Part shown: one piece after another, positions 47,947 through 58,900 of the stretch
Layout: the number at the start of each line of letters is the position of its first letter
How positions within the stretch are numbered: position 1 is the first letter of the stretch
Source: a virus
IMG/VR virus record: IMGVR_UViG_3300028195_000001
Coordinates: 1-64,000 of that record
DNA length: 64,000 nucleotides
Reading direction: 5' to 3' (one strand)
The notes under the pieces: model-generated
Database searches by the model: none
Told to the model about the DNA's origin: nothing
What the model saw: the letters and a program-made list of their open reading frames with translations, nothing else
Program-made: the position numbers and the translations under genes

Positions 47947-49345
47947 TTTGTACACGTTTACCCCAAACCTAACTCCTACCCAAACCTGGGACATAGTAAA
48001 TTCTCTGTCCGTTTCATTTGATGACTTTGCACATAAAAGTCACTACAACGGGAGAATGTACGGTGTCTTCACCGGGGATATGCGATTTGATAACAAAGAA
48101 GATAATAGCTACGATGACACTGTTATTAATGAGTGTTTGCGAGAGGCCATCTGGCGTACTCTGTATTCTGTTCAAGAAGAAACAGAACGTCATGTCGGAT
48201 TCAACTTCTCCCCCCGTTATCATACAAACACAGATAAGTTTTTGTTTGGAGAACCTCAACAAGACGGTATCTGGCCTGGGATAGAAGAAGCAGATGTAGT
48301 TCAAGCTTGGTCAACTCTGGCTGGCTTGGATGCTGTTACGGTGAACCCATTTGTCGTAACAGGCACTACAGCGGCTAATGTAGGTGGCGTATGGGTAGTA
48401 ACAGTTGATGCAAGTATCGTTGATAACCCCCACAATGTCCTTATTCGTAGGGATGACAATGGTCATGTGTATCCACTGCTCCATTCCGCAACTTACCCAC
48501 GTAGGAATGCAGGTAACTGGGAAATAGCTATAGACGTAGACGTTATTGGGTATACTGCACTTGATCTACTTAATATTCAGCATGTATATTACACGTTTGT
48601 AGATATTACCACTCCTGTTTGTGCAGGGGAAACCCATCCTGTATACCAAAATACAAACCAAATTATACCGCAAGCTAAAGCTCCTGAAGATATTGGTGGT
48701 GGTCAAACCCGTTATTGGCTTTACATCTATACATTAGTTGACCCTGCATTTTATAACGCGCCTACTGATTTATTAGGCGCACCTGGGGAATACTATAAGT
48801 TATTAGAGGAGATTGAGTTCCGTTGTGTTACGGAGACTGAATCAAAAGCCATTATTACGCGAGAGTGCAAATGCGATTACGAATGTGATTGCGACAATGC
48901 AACGTATCGTGCTGCAACTACAATTATTGACGCTAAACAAGGTATTGTCAGTTTTTGTATAGATGCAAAGCTCGATGACGATGGAATAACTTGGGTTGCC
49001 ACTTCGTCTTGTTGCCCTATAACCGATGATGGAACAGGCTACTGGAAAGTAACTCATACTTATAAGACTGCTCCTGAATATCTTCCTAAGCACGCCTTCT
49101 CGTCAGTATCTAATTTACTATATGCTATGTTGCATAAAGTTGCTGCCGATTTGCCCACAAAAGATTGTGGTTGTGAAGTCAAGCATGGGTTCATCTACGA
49201 AAATCAACAAGCGTATGGTTCGTTGAAGTTCAACCCAATCACGAATGAGACTACACAATCGTTCAAATACGGTGACTTACATGGGCAACGCATTTATGCG
49301 GAAACCCTTACCGGAGTTGCCATCATGAAGTATACTTTGCTATAG
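47933..49345 (+). CDS. hypothetical virion protein (neck/connector region by position)
   Basis: 470-aa track ORF. GTG start with GAGGT 5 nt upstream. Contains a Cys cluster, CKCDYECDCDN. Confidence 0.5.
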   Translation: MTLVNLYTFTPNLTPTQTWDIVNSLSVSFDDFAHKSHYNGRMYGVFTGDMRFDNKEDNSYDDTVINECLREAIWRTLYSVQEETERHVGFNFSPRYHTNTDKFLFGEPQQDGIWPGIEEADVVQAWSTLAGLDAVTVNPFVVTGTTAANVGGVWVVTVDASIVDNPHNVLIRRDDNGHVYPLLHSATYPRRNAGNWEIAIDVDVIGYTALDLLNIQHVYYTFVDITTPVCAGETHPVYQNTNQIIPQAKAPEDIGGGQTRYWLYIYTLVDPAFYNAPTDLLGAPGEYYKLLEEIEFRCVTETESKAIITRECKCDYECDCDNATYRAATTIIDAKQGIVSFCIDAKLDDDGITWVATSSCCPITDDGTGYWKVTHTYKTAPEYLPKHAFSSVSNLLYAMLHKVAADLPTKDCGCEVKHGFIYENQQAYGSLKFNPITNETTQSFKYGDLHGQRIYAETLTGVAIMKYTLL

Positions 49346-49354
49346 GAGACTACT

Positions 49355-49753
49355 ATGTTTAGTGATAACAAACCTGAAGAAGCACAAGAAGTTAAGGAAG
49401 TTAAGAAGAAATCTGCGAAGGTTGAAGTTAAATTGGCAACTCGCCGGGTCTACGAGTACGGGGGTTCACGTAAGAACTTGGTTGTGTCAGTTGACTCTCC
49501 ATTACGCGGTTTTTTGGTTAACGAGGGCGAAGTTTCTCGTGACCTCCAAGAAGTACAACGAGTAGATGAGAAACATCTCATCGAAGTCTATAAATGGGAA
49601 CAAGAACTACAAGCAATGCTGCCGAGCATCGAGGCAGTACGCGAACAAGTGCTTCGCTCATTTTGGGCTTCTGGTGCATTCAGCACCGAAGACCTGGAAG
49701 ATAAGCACGTTGTTCAACGAATGTTCGATCAAGCTTTTCCACATAAACTTTAG
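49355..49753 (+). CDS. hypothetical protein
   Basis: 132-aa track ORF with GGAGAC SD. Confidence 0.5.
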   Translation: MFSDNKPEEAQEVKEVKKKSAKVEVKLATRRVYEYGGSRKNLVVSVDSPLRGFLVNEGEVSRDLQEVQRVDEKHLIEVYKWEQELQAMLPSIEAVREQVLRSFWASGAFSTEDLEDKHVVQRMFDQAFPHKL

Positions 49754-49764
49754 GAGGTCATTAA

Positions 49765-51255
49765 ATGGCTACTGAATTTTTTGGGCCTGATAGTGGTATT
49801 GATACCAAAGACTATCTGCTGATGATGGATGGTACAACTGCCATCTCCCGTCCTGAGCAGCTATTAGGTCACACACTAACTGATGCTAACGTTGATTTGT
49901 CGGACGCTCTGACTGTCACTCGTGTACGACTGAAAAATGGTCGTATCAAGACTGTCGTTCAGACCAAGCGTGCGCCAGAGGAACGTGGTCGTCAGTATAC
50001 CGTCGGCTTCCCGTCTGGGGCGCTGTGGACACCTGCTATGGAGCTTACGCTGCGTACTGGGTGCGAAAAAACCTTTTACATGAAGTACCTCTGTCCTGAT
50101 GACCGTCGGTACAACCATGTGGAAATCATGCCGGATGCTTTGCTTGACCCGGCTGTTCCTGAAGGTGATCTAATTACGGTTGACGAGGAAAGTATCATTA
50201 CTTCCACTTCGACAATTCGTATTTCGGAACAATTCCGTCTGTGGGCCGTAGGCTTGCAGCCGATCTATGACATTGGTACAGCAGAACTGCATACAATTGA
50301 GTTCACAACGGCGGATTGCCCGTCCTGCACCGATGTTGTTGGTCTTGGAATGATTACAATGGGTGGTGACGGTATTGCTGTTCCCGAAGCGGAACTAACT
50401 GATGACCGTTTTGCCACACAGACAACCCTGACTACAGGTGGCGGTGCTGCTGATTACGCCGTTGGTCTGTGGACAGAAGGTGCGATTGTGTTGGCAGGTA
50501 CTTCCGACGCTGTTACGCCTGCTGCGGGTACAGCTGGTTCAATCTTTGTCTCCGGCGACGGTGGCCTGAACTTCGGTGCGGTCACTGGTGTTGTCGAACC
50601 GATCTGGGACTTCGCTCGTTTAGGCGAGAATATCCTGGCGGTTGGTGGAGTTGGTGGTGCTGCTGCAAAAGTGTATCTGAGTAATAACAACGGGGCGACC
50701 TGGACTGCTATTACATCGGCTGCGCTGCCTGCGACTGAAACAATCGTTTCAATCGACGTTGATGAAGAAACAGGTAACTTCTACATGGTGTCCGAAGCGG
50801 GGACGTTCCTCAAGGCTGACATTAGCGGTTCAACAGTTACCATTGTTGATATTTCTGCTAATCTGGCTGGAACACCTACTGCTGCTTGGCGCGTAAAAGT
50901 GCTGGCTAAAGATCATGTCGCCGTTGGTGGCGCTGATGCTGGTGGCTCTTGGTACGAAGAAACCCTGGATGGTGGGGAAACATTCGCTGAGTTCGCAACT
51001 GGGGCTGGCGCTTCTGTTATCCGAGCTATCGCTGGTACAAAATTCCGCACAATCGTTGGCGCAGGAACGGGATTGTTCATCCGTGATATGCTGACCAACA
51101 TGGAATGGAATTCGGTTACGTTGGAAAATGGTACGTCGGTCACTGGTAATTACACCGATGGCGCAGAAGGCGTGGATGGTGATTTTAACCAATTCTGCTT
51201 CTGCACCGATGACGGTGAAGTTGTCTTTGGTAAGGCGTTTTACCCCAACGCATAA
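49765..51255 (+). CDS. major tail protein candidate with a C-terminal Asp-box (BNR) beta-propeller-like domain
   Basis: 496 aa with AGGAGG SD, followed by a terminator-like hairpin. Asp-box-like motifs are SGDGGLNF, SNNNGATW and TLDGGETF. The tail-tube assignment is positional. Confidence 0.4.
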   Translation: MATEFFGPDSGIDTKDYLLMMDGTTAISRPEQLLGHTLTDANVDLSDALTVTRVRLKNGRIKTVVQTKRAPEERGRQYTVGFPSGALWTPAMELTLRTGCEKTFYMKYLCPDDRRYNHVEIMPDALLDPAVPEGDLITVDEESIITSTSTIRISEQFRLWAVGLQPIYDIGTAELHTIEFTTADCPSCTDVVGLGMITMGGDGIAVPEAELTDDRFATQTTLTTGGGAADYAVGLWTEGAIVLAGTSDAVTPAAGTAGSIFVSGDGGLNFGAVTGVVEPIWDFARLGENILAVGGVGGAAAKVYLSNNNGATWTAITSAALPATETIVSIDVDEETGNFYMVSEAGTFLKADISGSTVTIVDISANLAGTPTAAWRVKVLAKDHVAVGGADAGGSWYEETLDGGETFAEFATGAGASVIRAIAGTKFRTIVGAGTGLFIRDMLTNMEWNSVTLENGTSVTGNYTDGAEGVDGDFNQFCFCTDDGEVVFGKAFYPNA

Positions 51256-51270
51256 GTAGTTCGTAATACA

Positions 51271-51300
51271 AATAGGGGTGAACGTATGTTTACCCCTATT
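51271..51300 (+). terminator. terminator-like hairpin after 49765..51255
   Basis: aataggggt (51271-51279) / acccctatt (51292-51300), 12-nt loop, followed by ctttc. Confidence 0.45.
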
Positions 51301-51340
51301 CTTTCAGTAGGAAAACAACACTTAGTTGGCTTCTTACGGA

Positions 51341-51369
51341 TTGACAAACCACTTTATTTATGGTACACT
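51341..51369 (+). promoter_or_regulatory. sigma70-type promoter (TTGACA-N17-TGgTACACT)
   Basis: TTGACA 51341-51346, 17-nt spacer, TACACT 51364-51369. The -10 region TTATGGTACACT is the same as at the 33865 promoter. Confidence 0.6.
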
Positions 51370-51391
51370 ATATGTTCAAGGAGAACAGATT

Positions 51392-52084
51392 GTGGCTAAC
51401 AAAAAAACCCCTAATCAAATTGAATATCTGGTAAATGAGTATGTAGACACCAATGTTGAAGAACCAGAAAAGTTACATATTCTGTTTGACAAGAATACGC
51501 GGACTGCCGTAGACCAGTATGATATGGCTCTAAAGGTTGCTCGTGGTATTCCCTTCAATACCGAATCTGTATCCATTACTGACCCTCTTTCTCTAATTAT
51601 TGCCAAGCAATACGCGGAGCAAGATGGTAACAAAGTTGTGCGTATGGCTGCACAGCATTACGAGAAGTGGGCTTATGATGTACAACAGCATTCTTGGTTG
51701 TTGGGGTTACTGGTTGACAATGAATTTATCAACATCCCAGAACCCTGGGAAGTATCCAAAGCTCCTCCCGGCCTCCCTGAAATTCCAGAACCGTCTTTGA
51801 ATTTGAGTCATCCTCTGGAATATCGCCTTAAACAAATTATCGACTTTCTCGGTTCAGATATGATGTTGCAATCGCGTGTGATGACCATCATCAACAACTC
51901 GATGGCGAAAATCGTAGCTGACGTTGAGGGCGTGACAGACACAGCAGGGTTTCAGCCTGTCAGCGCTAACGACGATATACCTGCACAAACTAGCGCCGAC
52001 GATAACAATACGAGAAAGCGCACCAAACGGACAAAAGATAAAGAACAAAGTTCCGGTACTGGTGAGGTGGCAGAAGCTACATAA
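51392..52084 (+). CDS. hypothetical protein (tail assembly chaperone position)
   Basis: Track ORF starts at TTG 51326, inside the promoter. GTG 51392 follows AAGGAGAA by 8 nt. The C-terminus is acidic/basic. Confidence 0.5.
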   Translation: MANKKTPNQIEYLVNEYVDTNVEEPEKLHILFDKNTRTAVDQYDMALKVARGIPFNTESVSITDPLSLIIAKQYAEQDGNKVVRMAAQHYEKWAYDVQQHSWLLGLLVDNEFINIPEPWEVSKAPPGLPEIPEPSLNLSHPLEYRLKQIIDFLGSDMMLQSRVMTIINNSMAKIVADVEGVTDTAGFQPVSANDDIPAQTSADDNNTRKRTKRTKDKEQSSGTGEVAEAT

Positions 52085-52361
52085 GATTCTCGAAGGCGAA
52101 ACAACTGCGATCAAAGAACATAAAAAGGAGTTATTCGGTTCATTATTAATCGAAGATACTCCTTATGATTTCGATTTGATCTCCTCTCTAAAAAAGCTAA
52201 ATATGTGGCGTGTGCCAGAAGGCATGGATGATAACGCGATACATGCGTTAGCTAAAGCTATTGCTCATAACCATTTAGAGGGCATTATGGACATTCTTCG
52301 TAGGCATGACGACATTATGGAAAGGCGCTTAAAAGACCGTTCTTCTAAAAGGAATAAGTAA
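52062..52361 (+). CDS. hypothetical protein (no ATG or SD; possibly a frameshift extension of 51392..52084)
   Basis: 99-aa track ORF with a GTG start lacking an SD. Its frame is open from 51936 and overlaps the upstream gene. Confidence 0.4.
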   Translation: MRWQKLHKILEGETTAIKEHKKELFGSLLIEDTPYDFDLISSLKKLNMWRVPEGMDDNAIHALAKAIAHNHLEGIMDILRRHDDIMERRLKDRSSKRNK

Positions 52362-52930
52362 TGAACAAGAGAATTAACATCCTTGCAGAAAAACCGTCTA
52401 CCATCGTAGGTATATTTGAAAGAGCTTTTGCACAGCAACAACAGTCTCAAGTAGATCGTGCTTTAGAAATCGTCCAAGAAGAATACGATAAACTCATTAA
52501 AGGGATGATACGCAAAAGTAGATCAAGCGGAGGGGCTGGCGTAGCAGGAGCTAAAGTAAGTATTGCAAAAGAAAACTATACAAAAGGTCGTTTCTTCCGT
52601 AGTACGTTTACTAGGTATAACGTATCCGTAGATGATGACAATGACGGGGGTGTTGTATTTAACATCCTTGATCTGGGTGAGAAACGACCTAAAGGTGATG
52701 CAGCGAAACACGGACTTAAAGCTTGGCCTATGCGTAACACACGCTCTAACAAGATGACTGCCCCAGGTTCGCTGAAATTAGCCGTACCAAATCCTAAACA
52801 CGAGATAATCTTTCGTCCTGTTATCCGAAAGAGAATCGCAGCTAGAAATTTCACAGAATCTATACTGCTTATGGCAAAAAGGAGAGCCTCTAAAGAAGGA
52901 CTGGATGTTGAATTTACATTAGAGGATTAA
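52361..52930 (+). CDS. hypothetical protein
   Basis: 189-aa track ORF with a TAATG-coupled start. Confidence 0.5.
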   Translation: MNKRINILAEKPSTIVGIFERAFAQQQQSQVDRALEIVQEEYDKLIKGMIRKSRSSGGAGVAGAKVSIAKENYTKGRFFRSTFTRYNVSVDDDNDGGVVFNILDLGEKRPKGDAAKHGLKAWPMRNTRSNKMTAPGSLKLAVPNPKHEIIFRPVIRKRIAARNFTESILLMAKRRASKEGLDVEFTLED

Positions 52931-52931
52931 T

Positions 52932-55900
52932 ATGCCTGCTGCTACTATTGCTATAGATGCCAACACCTTTGACAAATTTATAAAGACCCTTGATCGTCTT
53001 GATAACAGTCTTGGTCAGGTAAGTAGTGAGCTTAAAGTTCTAAAGAAACTGACCAAAGGCATATCCATCAAGATAGAAGGTCTTGACCAACTCGAAAATA
53101 TTGCCAAAGCCATTCAGAAAACAGACCTAAAGCAACTTGAAGGGGTAATTCGAGCTTTCCAACTTCTCTCAAGCCTCAAGTTCGACAAGAACACAGAGAA
53201 GTTCTTTCAAAGTCTTGGTACACTAGCCAACAGTCTTAAAAAGTTTGAACGTGTTAGGTTAGATGGGACAACCGTTGAGTCATTAGCAACCCTGGCTCGT
53301 TTGTCGTCTAGCATTGTAAAACTCTTTAAGAATACAGAAAAAATCAATAAGAAGAATGCTGCAAGCCTTAGCCTTATTATCGGCGCGTTGGGTACGTTCA
53401 CTACTGGGTTGGCTGGCATTTTGAAATCTCTCCCTGGCGGCGCGGCTTCCAGGGAACTTTCGCTTACATTTGAACGTGTCGGTTTAGGTATCTCCGGTAT
53501 GTTCCGTCATATTGCCGATATTAATATAGGCTCGGCTAAAAAATTAGTCACCCTAATCTCTATTCTCACAATTGCTGTGCGCGGTCTTTCCACCATCCTT
53601 ACCTTCAAAGGTGGAGCAAAAGGTGTTAAGTTACTGGCGCAAATCTTTAGCGCGATTGCTAATATTGTAAGAGCATTCTCCACTGGTGTTGATGTCAAAC
53701 GGCTAAAGGACTCCAAGCAAGTTAACAAGTTGATCTTAGCTCGTATTAAGTCATTCACCAAGATCATCAAAGAGATGCGTAAGATCAAGACTAAGAATAT
53801 TGGGGGGTCTGCCGAAGCTATTAAAGCCATCGCAAACTTGTTCAAGATTGTGTCTGATGTTAGTGTTGAAGGTAGAGACAACAAAGCTTTTGAAGGCCCT
53901 ATCAAAGCTATATCTAACCTTGTTAAAGCTTTACAGCAACTAAATAAAGTCAAAGTTAATAAGAACGTTGCTCAGTCACTAAACTCTTTGCAACAAATTT
54001 TAGCACTACAAGGTGCGCAAGGACAGCAAGTTCAAAAGTCTGCTGCCGGTTTTGGAGAGAAACTATCCACAACAATAGCCAAAGGTATCTTAAAAGCCGA
54101 GATTGCTAAACTCCTATTTAAGACAATCGCTAGCGCCTTTAGGAACTTAAACCCAATAGCTTTAACGAAAAGGTTTATTGACGGTACAATTCGTCCTTTC
54201 CTCCGGCTGCAATCGGCAGTTAAAAATGCTTTGAACAACGTTGCCCAGAGTGTTATTCAACTGGGTACGACAATGACCAATGTTGGAGCGCAGATTCATC
54301 GTAACTTCGGTGTCGGAGCACTTCTTCGTTCCGAAGCATTTACGGCTGCGGCTGAGTTTGATAAAGTAAGTAAACGTGTGGAAGTCTTTGGTAATCTCTC
54401 CGAAGAGACTACCAAGCAAGTTCAAGCACTTGCTTTCGAGATTGGGCGTAAGTACCCCTTGTCTGCTAATGATGCTATCAACGCTTCACTTGATTTGGTG
54501 AAAGCGGGTCTGAGCGCACAAGAGATTGAATCAGTTCTACCCAATATTGCTGACCTAACTGCCCTATCCGATAGCGGTGACATCGAGCGTATTTCAGGCG
54601 CTATGATTCAAGTTGTCTCGGTGTTCGATCAGTTTTCAGATGAAATTGCAGGTACATTTGATAATAGTGCTACTGCTGCTACTATCTTATCGGCTGCGGC
54701 TGATAGTTCAGTAGCTTCTGTTGAATCAATTGCAGATGGTATTTCTAAAGTTGGCCCGATTGCAAATAGCTTCGGTTTCACGATGGAAGAAACCTCTGCT
54801 GCATTGGCTCTGTTCTCTAACGCTGGTCTTGATGGTGCGCGTGCGGGTACACAGTTCAAGTCATTACTTAACAACCTACAAACAAATACAGCGAAAGACC
54901 AACTGAAAGAGTTGGGGGTTACTATCGCTGATGACGCAGGGAACTTCAAAGACCTTAATACTATTGTTAATGAACTCAATGAAGCTCTGAACACAACAAA
55001 ATCAGTAACGTTTACTCCTAGTAATCCTTTGAGTGATGCGGCGCAAGAGCGTTTCGATGCAGCTACTAAAGCGGCTGCACGCGCTTCTCGTCAGTTAGCT
55101 ATATATCGTGATGGATTAACAGGTGGCGCTCTCGATCAAGAAAAAGCGGGAGAAAAGATGCAAGAATACGAGGCTATTTTAGCTAACGCTAATCGTGTTA
55201 TTGCTGAAGTCACCGGTAGTCAAGTAGAAGCAGATTCAATTACCACTCAGATTACTCGTAGCCAGCAACAGAATGCAGAAGCGATTAAGAACTTAGCTGG
55301 TTCTTATGGTTCTATAGGTCTAAACATTCTTCTCCAAGAAGGTGAAGATGGGTTAGCTAACTTCATTGCTCAAATGAATGGAGTTGCTCCCGCTTCTGAA
55401 CGTGCTATGCAGTTGCTTGACAACTTTAGTGGTGAAGTGCTTCAGTTACAAGGTTCGTTTGAAACCTTGATGACAAAAGTGTTCCTTCCATTATTAGACA
55501 ATATTTTCCGTCCCTTTATTAAAGGGTTACGGTTTATTGTAGATGGTCTATTACTTATGGATGACGCTACAACTGAGCTTGTATCGTCTATGATTGGTCT
55601 TGGGTCTATCTTTGCTAGTATGACTGGTGGATTACTGGTATTTGTAGGTACTTTCACTAAATTTGGAGGTCTGTTCTTTAGTTTCTTCCTCAACGTGCTT
55701 AAAATGCACAAGATTGGTTTCTTCCTTATCAAACTCATTGCTGGCTTTACAGTGGGTTTTGCGGGTTTCCTTCTTATAATTGGGCCGCTTGTAGTGCTTT
55801 TAACTGCACTTGCAGCCGGGTTCAATTCGTTACTTAAAATTTTCCGACAAGACATTGGTGGTGCGAGAACTGCTTTCGATCAGTTGACTACTACTCTAGG

Positions 55901-58900
55901 TGTATTCATAGATATGCTGATAGAAACAGGGAAGGCTATTCTCGGCATAGTAGGAATTGTATTCGCTGGTGGAAATAATCTTGAAGCGGTGGGTACTGGA
56001 ATTGCAGGTTTCTTTGAGCATTTGAATGGTGTGTTGCTCCGTTTCATTGGTAATTCTAATGGAGTAAACAGTCGGCTTGAAAAGAACTTTATGAACTTCC
56101 GTAATGTGTTTACGGGATTCTTCGGTTTCTTGACTGCCGATGACCAAATACAATCGGCTGAAAATGAAGTACGCGAAAAAATGACTGCTGTAGCAGATGT
56201 ATTTGGGTATTCCGCAGAGGATATTGAAAAAGAAGCTAAAAGAGCAGGTGATAAAGTACGTGATTCTTTGAGTGAATCAATGCTTTCTCTTGCAGATAAC
56301 CCATTTATTCAAGGTATTCTTGGCGAAGACATTGACGAAAACTCAGTCTTCAGGTTCTTTACAGTATTAAAAGGTTTGATAGGTCTTGTTAGAACAGGTT
56401 TCCAAGCTATCTTTAACTCCATAGGTACATTCTTTCAAACATTAGGTGAGGGCGGGGGTTTTAGTGGAGCTTTGGATAAGGCGACACAACAACTAACATT
56501 AGAAACAAAATTAGTTCTTGCAGGGTTAGTTCTCTCATTAAAATCTATTTTTAATCTTGATTTAGTAGGTGCAGAAGACCTAATTGATGATAATAAATTC
56601 AGCGGTCTTCTTGATCTTTTCTTTGAGGTTTTACGTGGAAAGATTAGAAATTTCCTAGTTAATAATCGGGATAGCATTGAGAACTTACTCTCTGACATCT
56701 TCAAAACTTTCTTTGTACCGGGTAAGATTATTGGTACAATAGGGACAGTATTTGGAATTGACGCACTTAAAGACGTGTTTGATGAAATCGAGCGTGTCTT
56801 TATTGGCGCATTTGAAGGTATCATTGCTACCATTTTTAATATCCTTGAAGGTGATGATGTTAATACCGCTTTGAAAAAAGCGTTTGGCCCTGCTATTACT
56901 CCCTTGCTCGATTTCTTAACAGCCATCGGGAAAACAATTGATACGATTATCGGTATCTTCACCAACCTATACTCCACGCTTGCTCCAATACTCGGTCTTG
57001 ACCAAGACATAACCTTGATGGAGGTTATTAACAACGTCCTCACCAGCTTCACAGAAGGTTTGAACTTCTTAAATGAGAATGTTCTTATCCCGTTAGCTAA
57101 TACGATTGCTGGTATTGACTTTGAAGGTCTAGTAGGTTTCTTTGGAGATATATTCACTAGCATCTTTGCCATTGTTGGTTCACTGTCATCTGGTGACTTT
57201 GCAGGTGCAATTGGCTCTCTGGCTGACTTTGGTAGGACATTAGCCAATACATTCTTGGATGTGTTCAGCGCTATTTTGGATATTGATATTAGCGCAGCTG
57301 TAGACATCTTTGATGGTTTCAGGTTATTCTTCGCAGGGATTATTGATAAACTTATCCCTGTGGTTGAATCAGTTATCCAGGGTGTACCGCAACTTATTAA
57401 AAACGTAGGTAGGTTTCTACTTGACTTACTTGGCTTCGGTGATATTGACATCGACCAAGACTTCTCCGGTATCGTAACAGAGATTGCAGGTAAGATTTCA
57501 ACTGCATTAGGCACTATCCCTGACAAGCTCGTTGAACTTGGTACGACACTTGGTTCTCCTTTGATTACAAAAGTGGGTACGGCAATAAGTACCAGCGATT
57601 GGACACCGGTTGCAACTGAAATACTTAGTAAAATACAGGAAGCTATTGAAGGTATTCCCGGTGCGTTAATCGACTTAGGTACAACCTTCAATGCGCCCCT
57701 AGTCACAAAGATTGGCGAAGCTATAAACACAGGAGATTGGACATCTGTTGGAGATGAAATACTTGGTAAAGTCCAGCTGCTTGTTGACGGTGTAGCTACT
57801 GGGTTAGAAAACTTAGGTACAACCTTTAGCGCTCCTTTAATTACGAAAGTCGGTACAGCCCTCCGTGATAGTGACTGGGCAGCGGTTGGTACAGAAATAA
57901 CAACTAAGATTAACGAAGTTCTAACAAGTATTCCAGACACGCTTATTGATCTGGGTACTGCCTTTAGCGCTCCTTTAATCACTAAGCTCGGTACATCCTT
58001 CAAGACTGGTGACTTCGGCCCTGCGGTTGAAGAACTCAGAGGCGGGTTGGAACGGATAATGGGGCAAGCGCTTACATTGGCTGCTACGGGTATCACCGAT
58101 CTAGGTACAATATTTGGTAATCCTTTCCTGTTAGAACTTGGTACTGCTCTTGACCCGGCACAAGGCGGTGGGTTTGAAACTGGTATTCAACTCATTGCTA
58201 ACAACGTAGTTCAAGTATTAAAAGATGCCCTGGCTCTTGTTCCCGGACTTTTAATCCAGGCAGGAGAACTTACGGGTTTAGGGGGTCTTATCACAGCGGG
58301 TACAGAACTGGAAGAAGGTAAGGTACTTGGTGCAGCGTCCGGGTTTGCTGATGCGTTAGTCCAACTTATTAATAATGGCTTTGCCTTAGCCGCGAACATC
58401 TTTGAAGGCGCACCTAGCCCCGAACAAGTAAGTTTCTTCCGGGCTATTGGTAATCTCATTTCGTTTCCTATTGATACATTTAGGGCTGTAGCTAAGGGTG
58501 TTCAGGATATTGCTGATGCTATAAGCGGTCTAAAAGTTCCTGAAGGAACTGCGGAGGCTTTAACTGCTATATTTACCGCGCTTACGGTAGCAAAATTTAA
58601 TCCTGCAATTTTAACCTTCCTCCGAGCAACCGCCCTTCCGTTAGCCAAACTTGCTTTCATTGTCTTGATTGTTAAAAACGCTTTTGATAATCTAGGTGAA
58701 TTGTTTGATGATTTTGGTGAAGCATTGGCTCAGTTCCAAGAAGGAGATATACTGGGCGGTTTAACAACTGCTTTAGAAGGTGTAGCTAATTTCGCCGTTA
58801 ACACCTTAACAGGAATCACTTCAGATATTCTTGGGTTCTTAGGTATCGAGATTTCAGCCGATCAGATTAGAGAACGTGTTAGTACCGTCTTAAATCAAAT

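Noticed and set aside
56435-58096. 553-aa minus-strand ORF inside the tape measure gene
   Set aside because: It is antisense to a clearly coding, repeat-containing + strand ORF. Its Ser/Pro/Lys/Ile-rich low-complexity product mirrors the codon periodicity of the sense strand, and it has no SD or promoter context.
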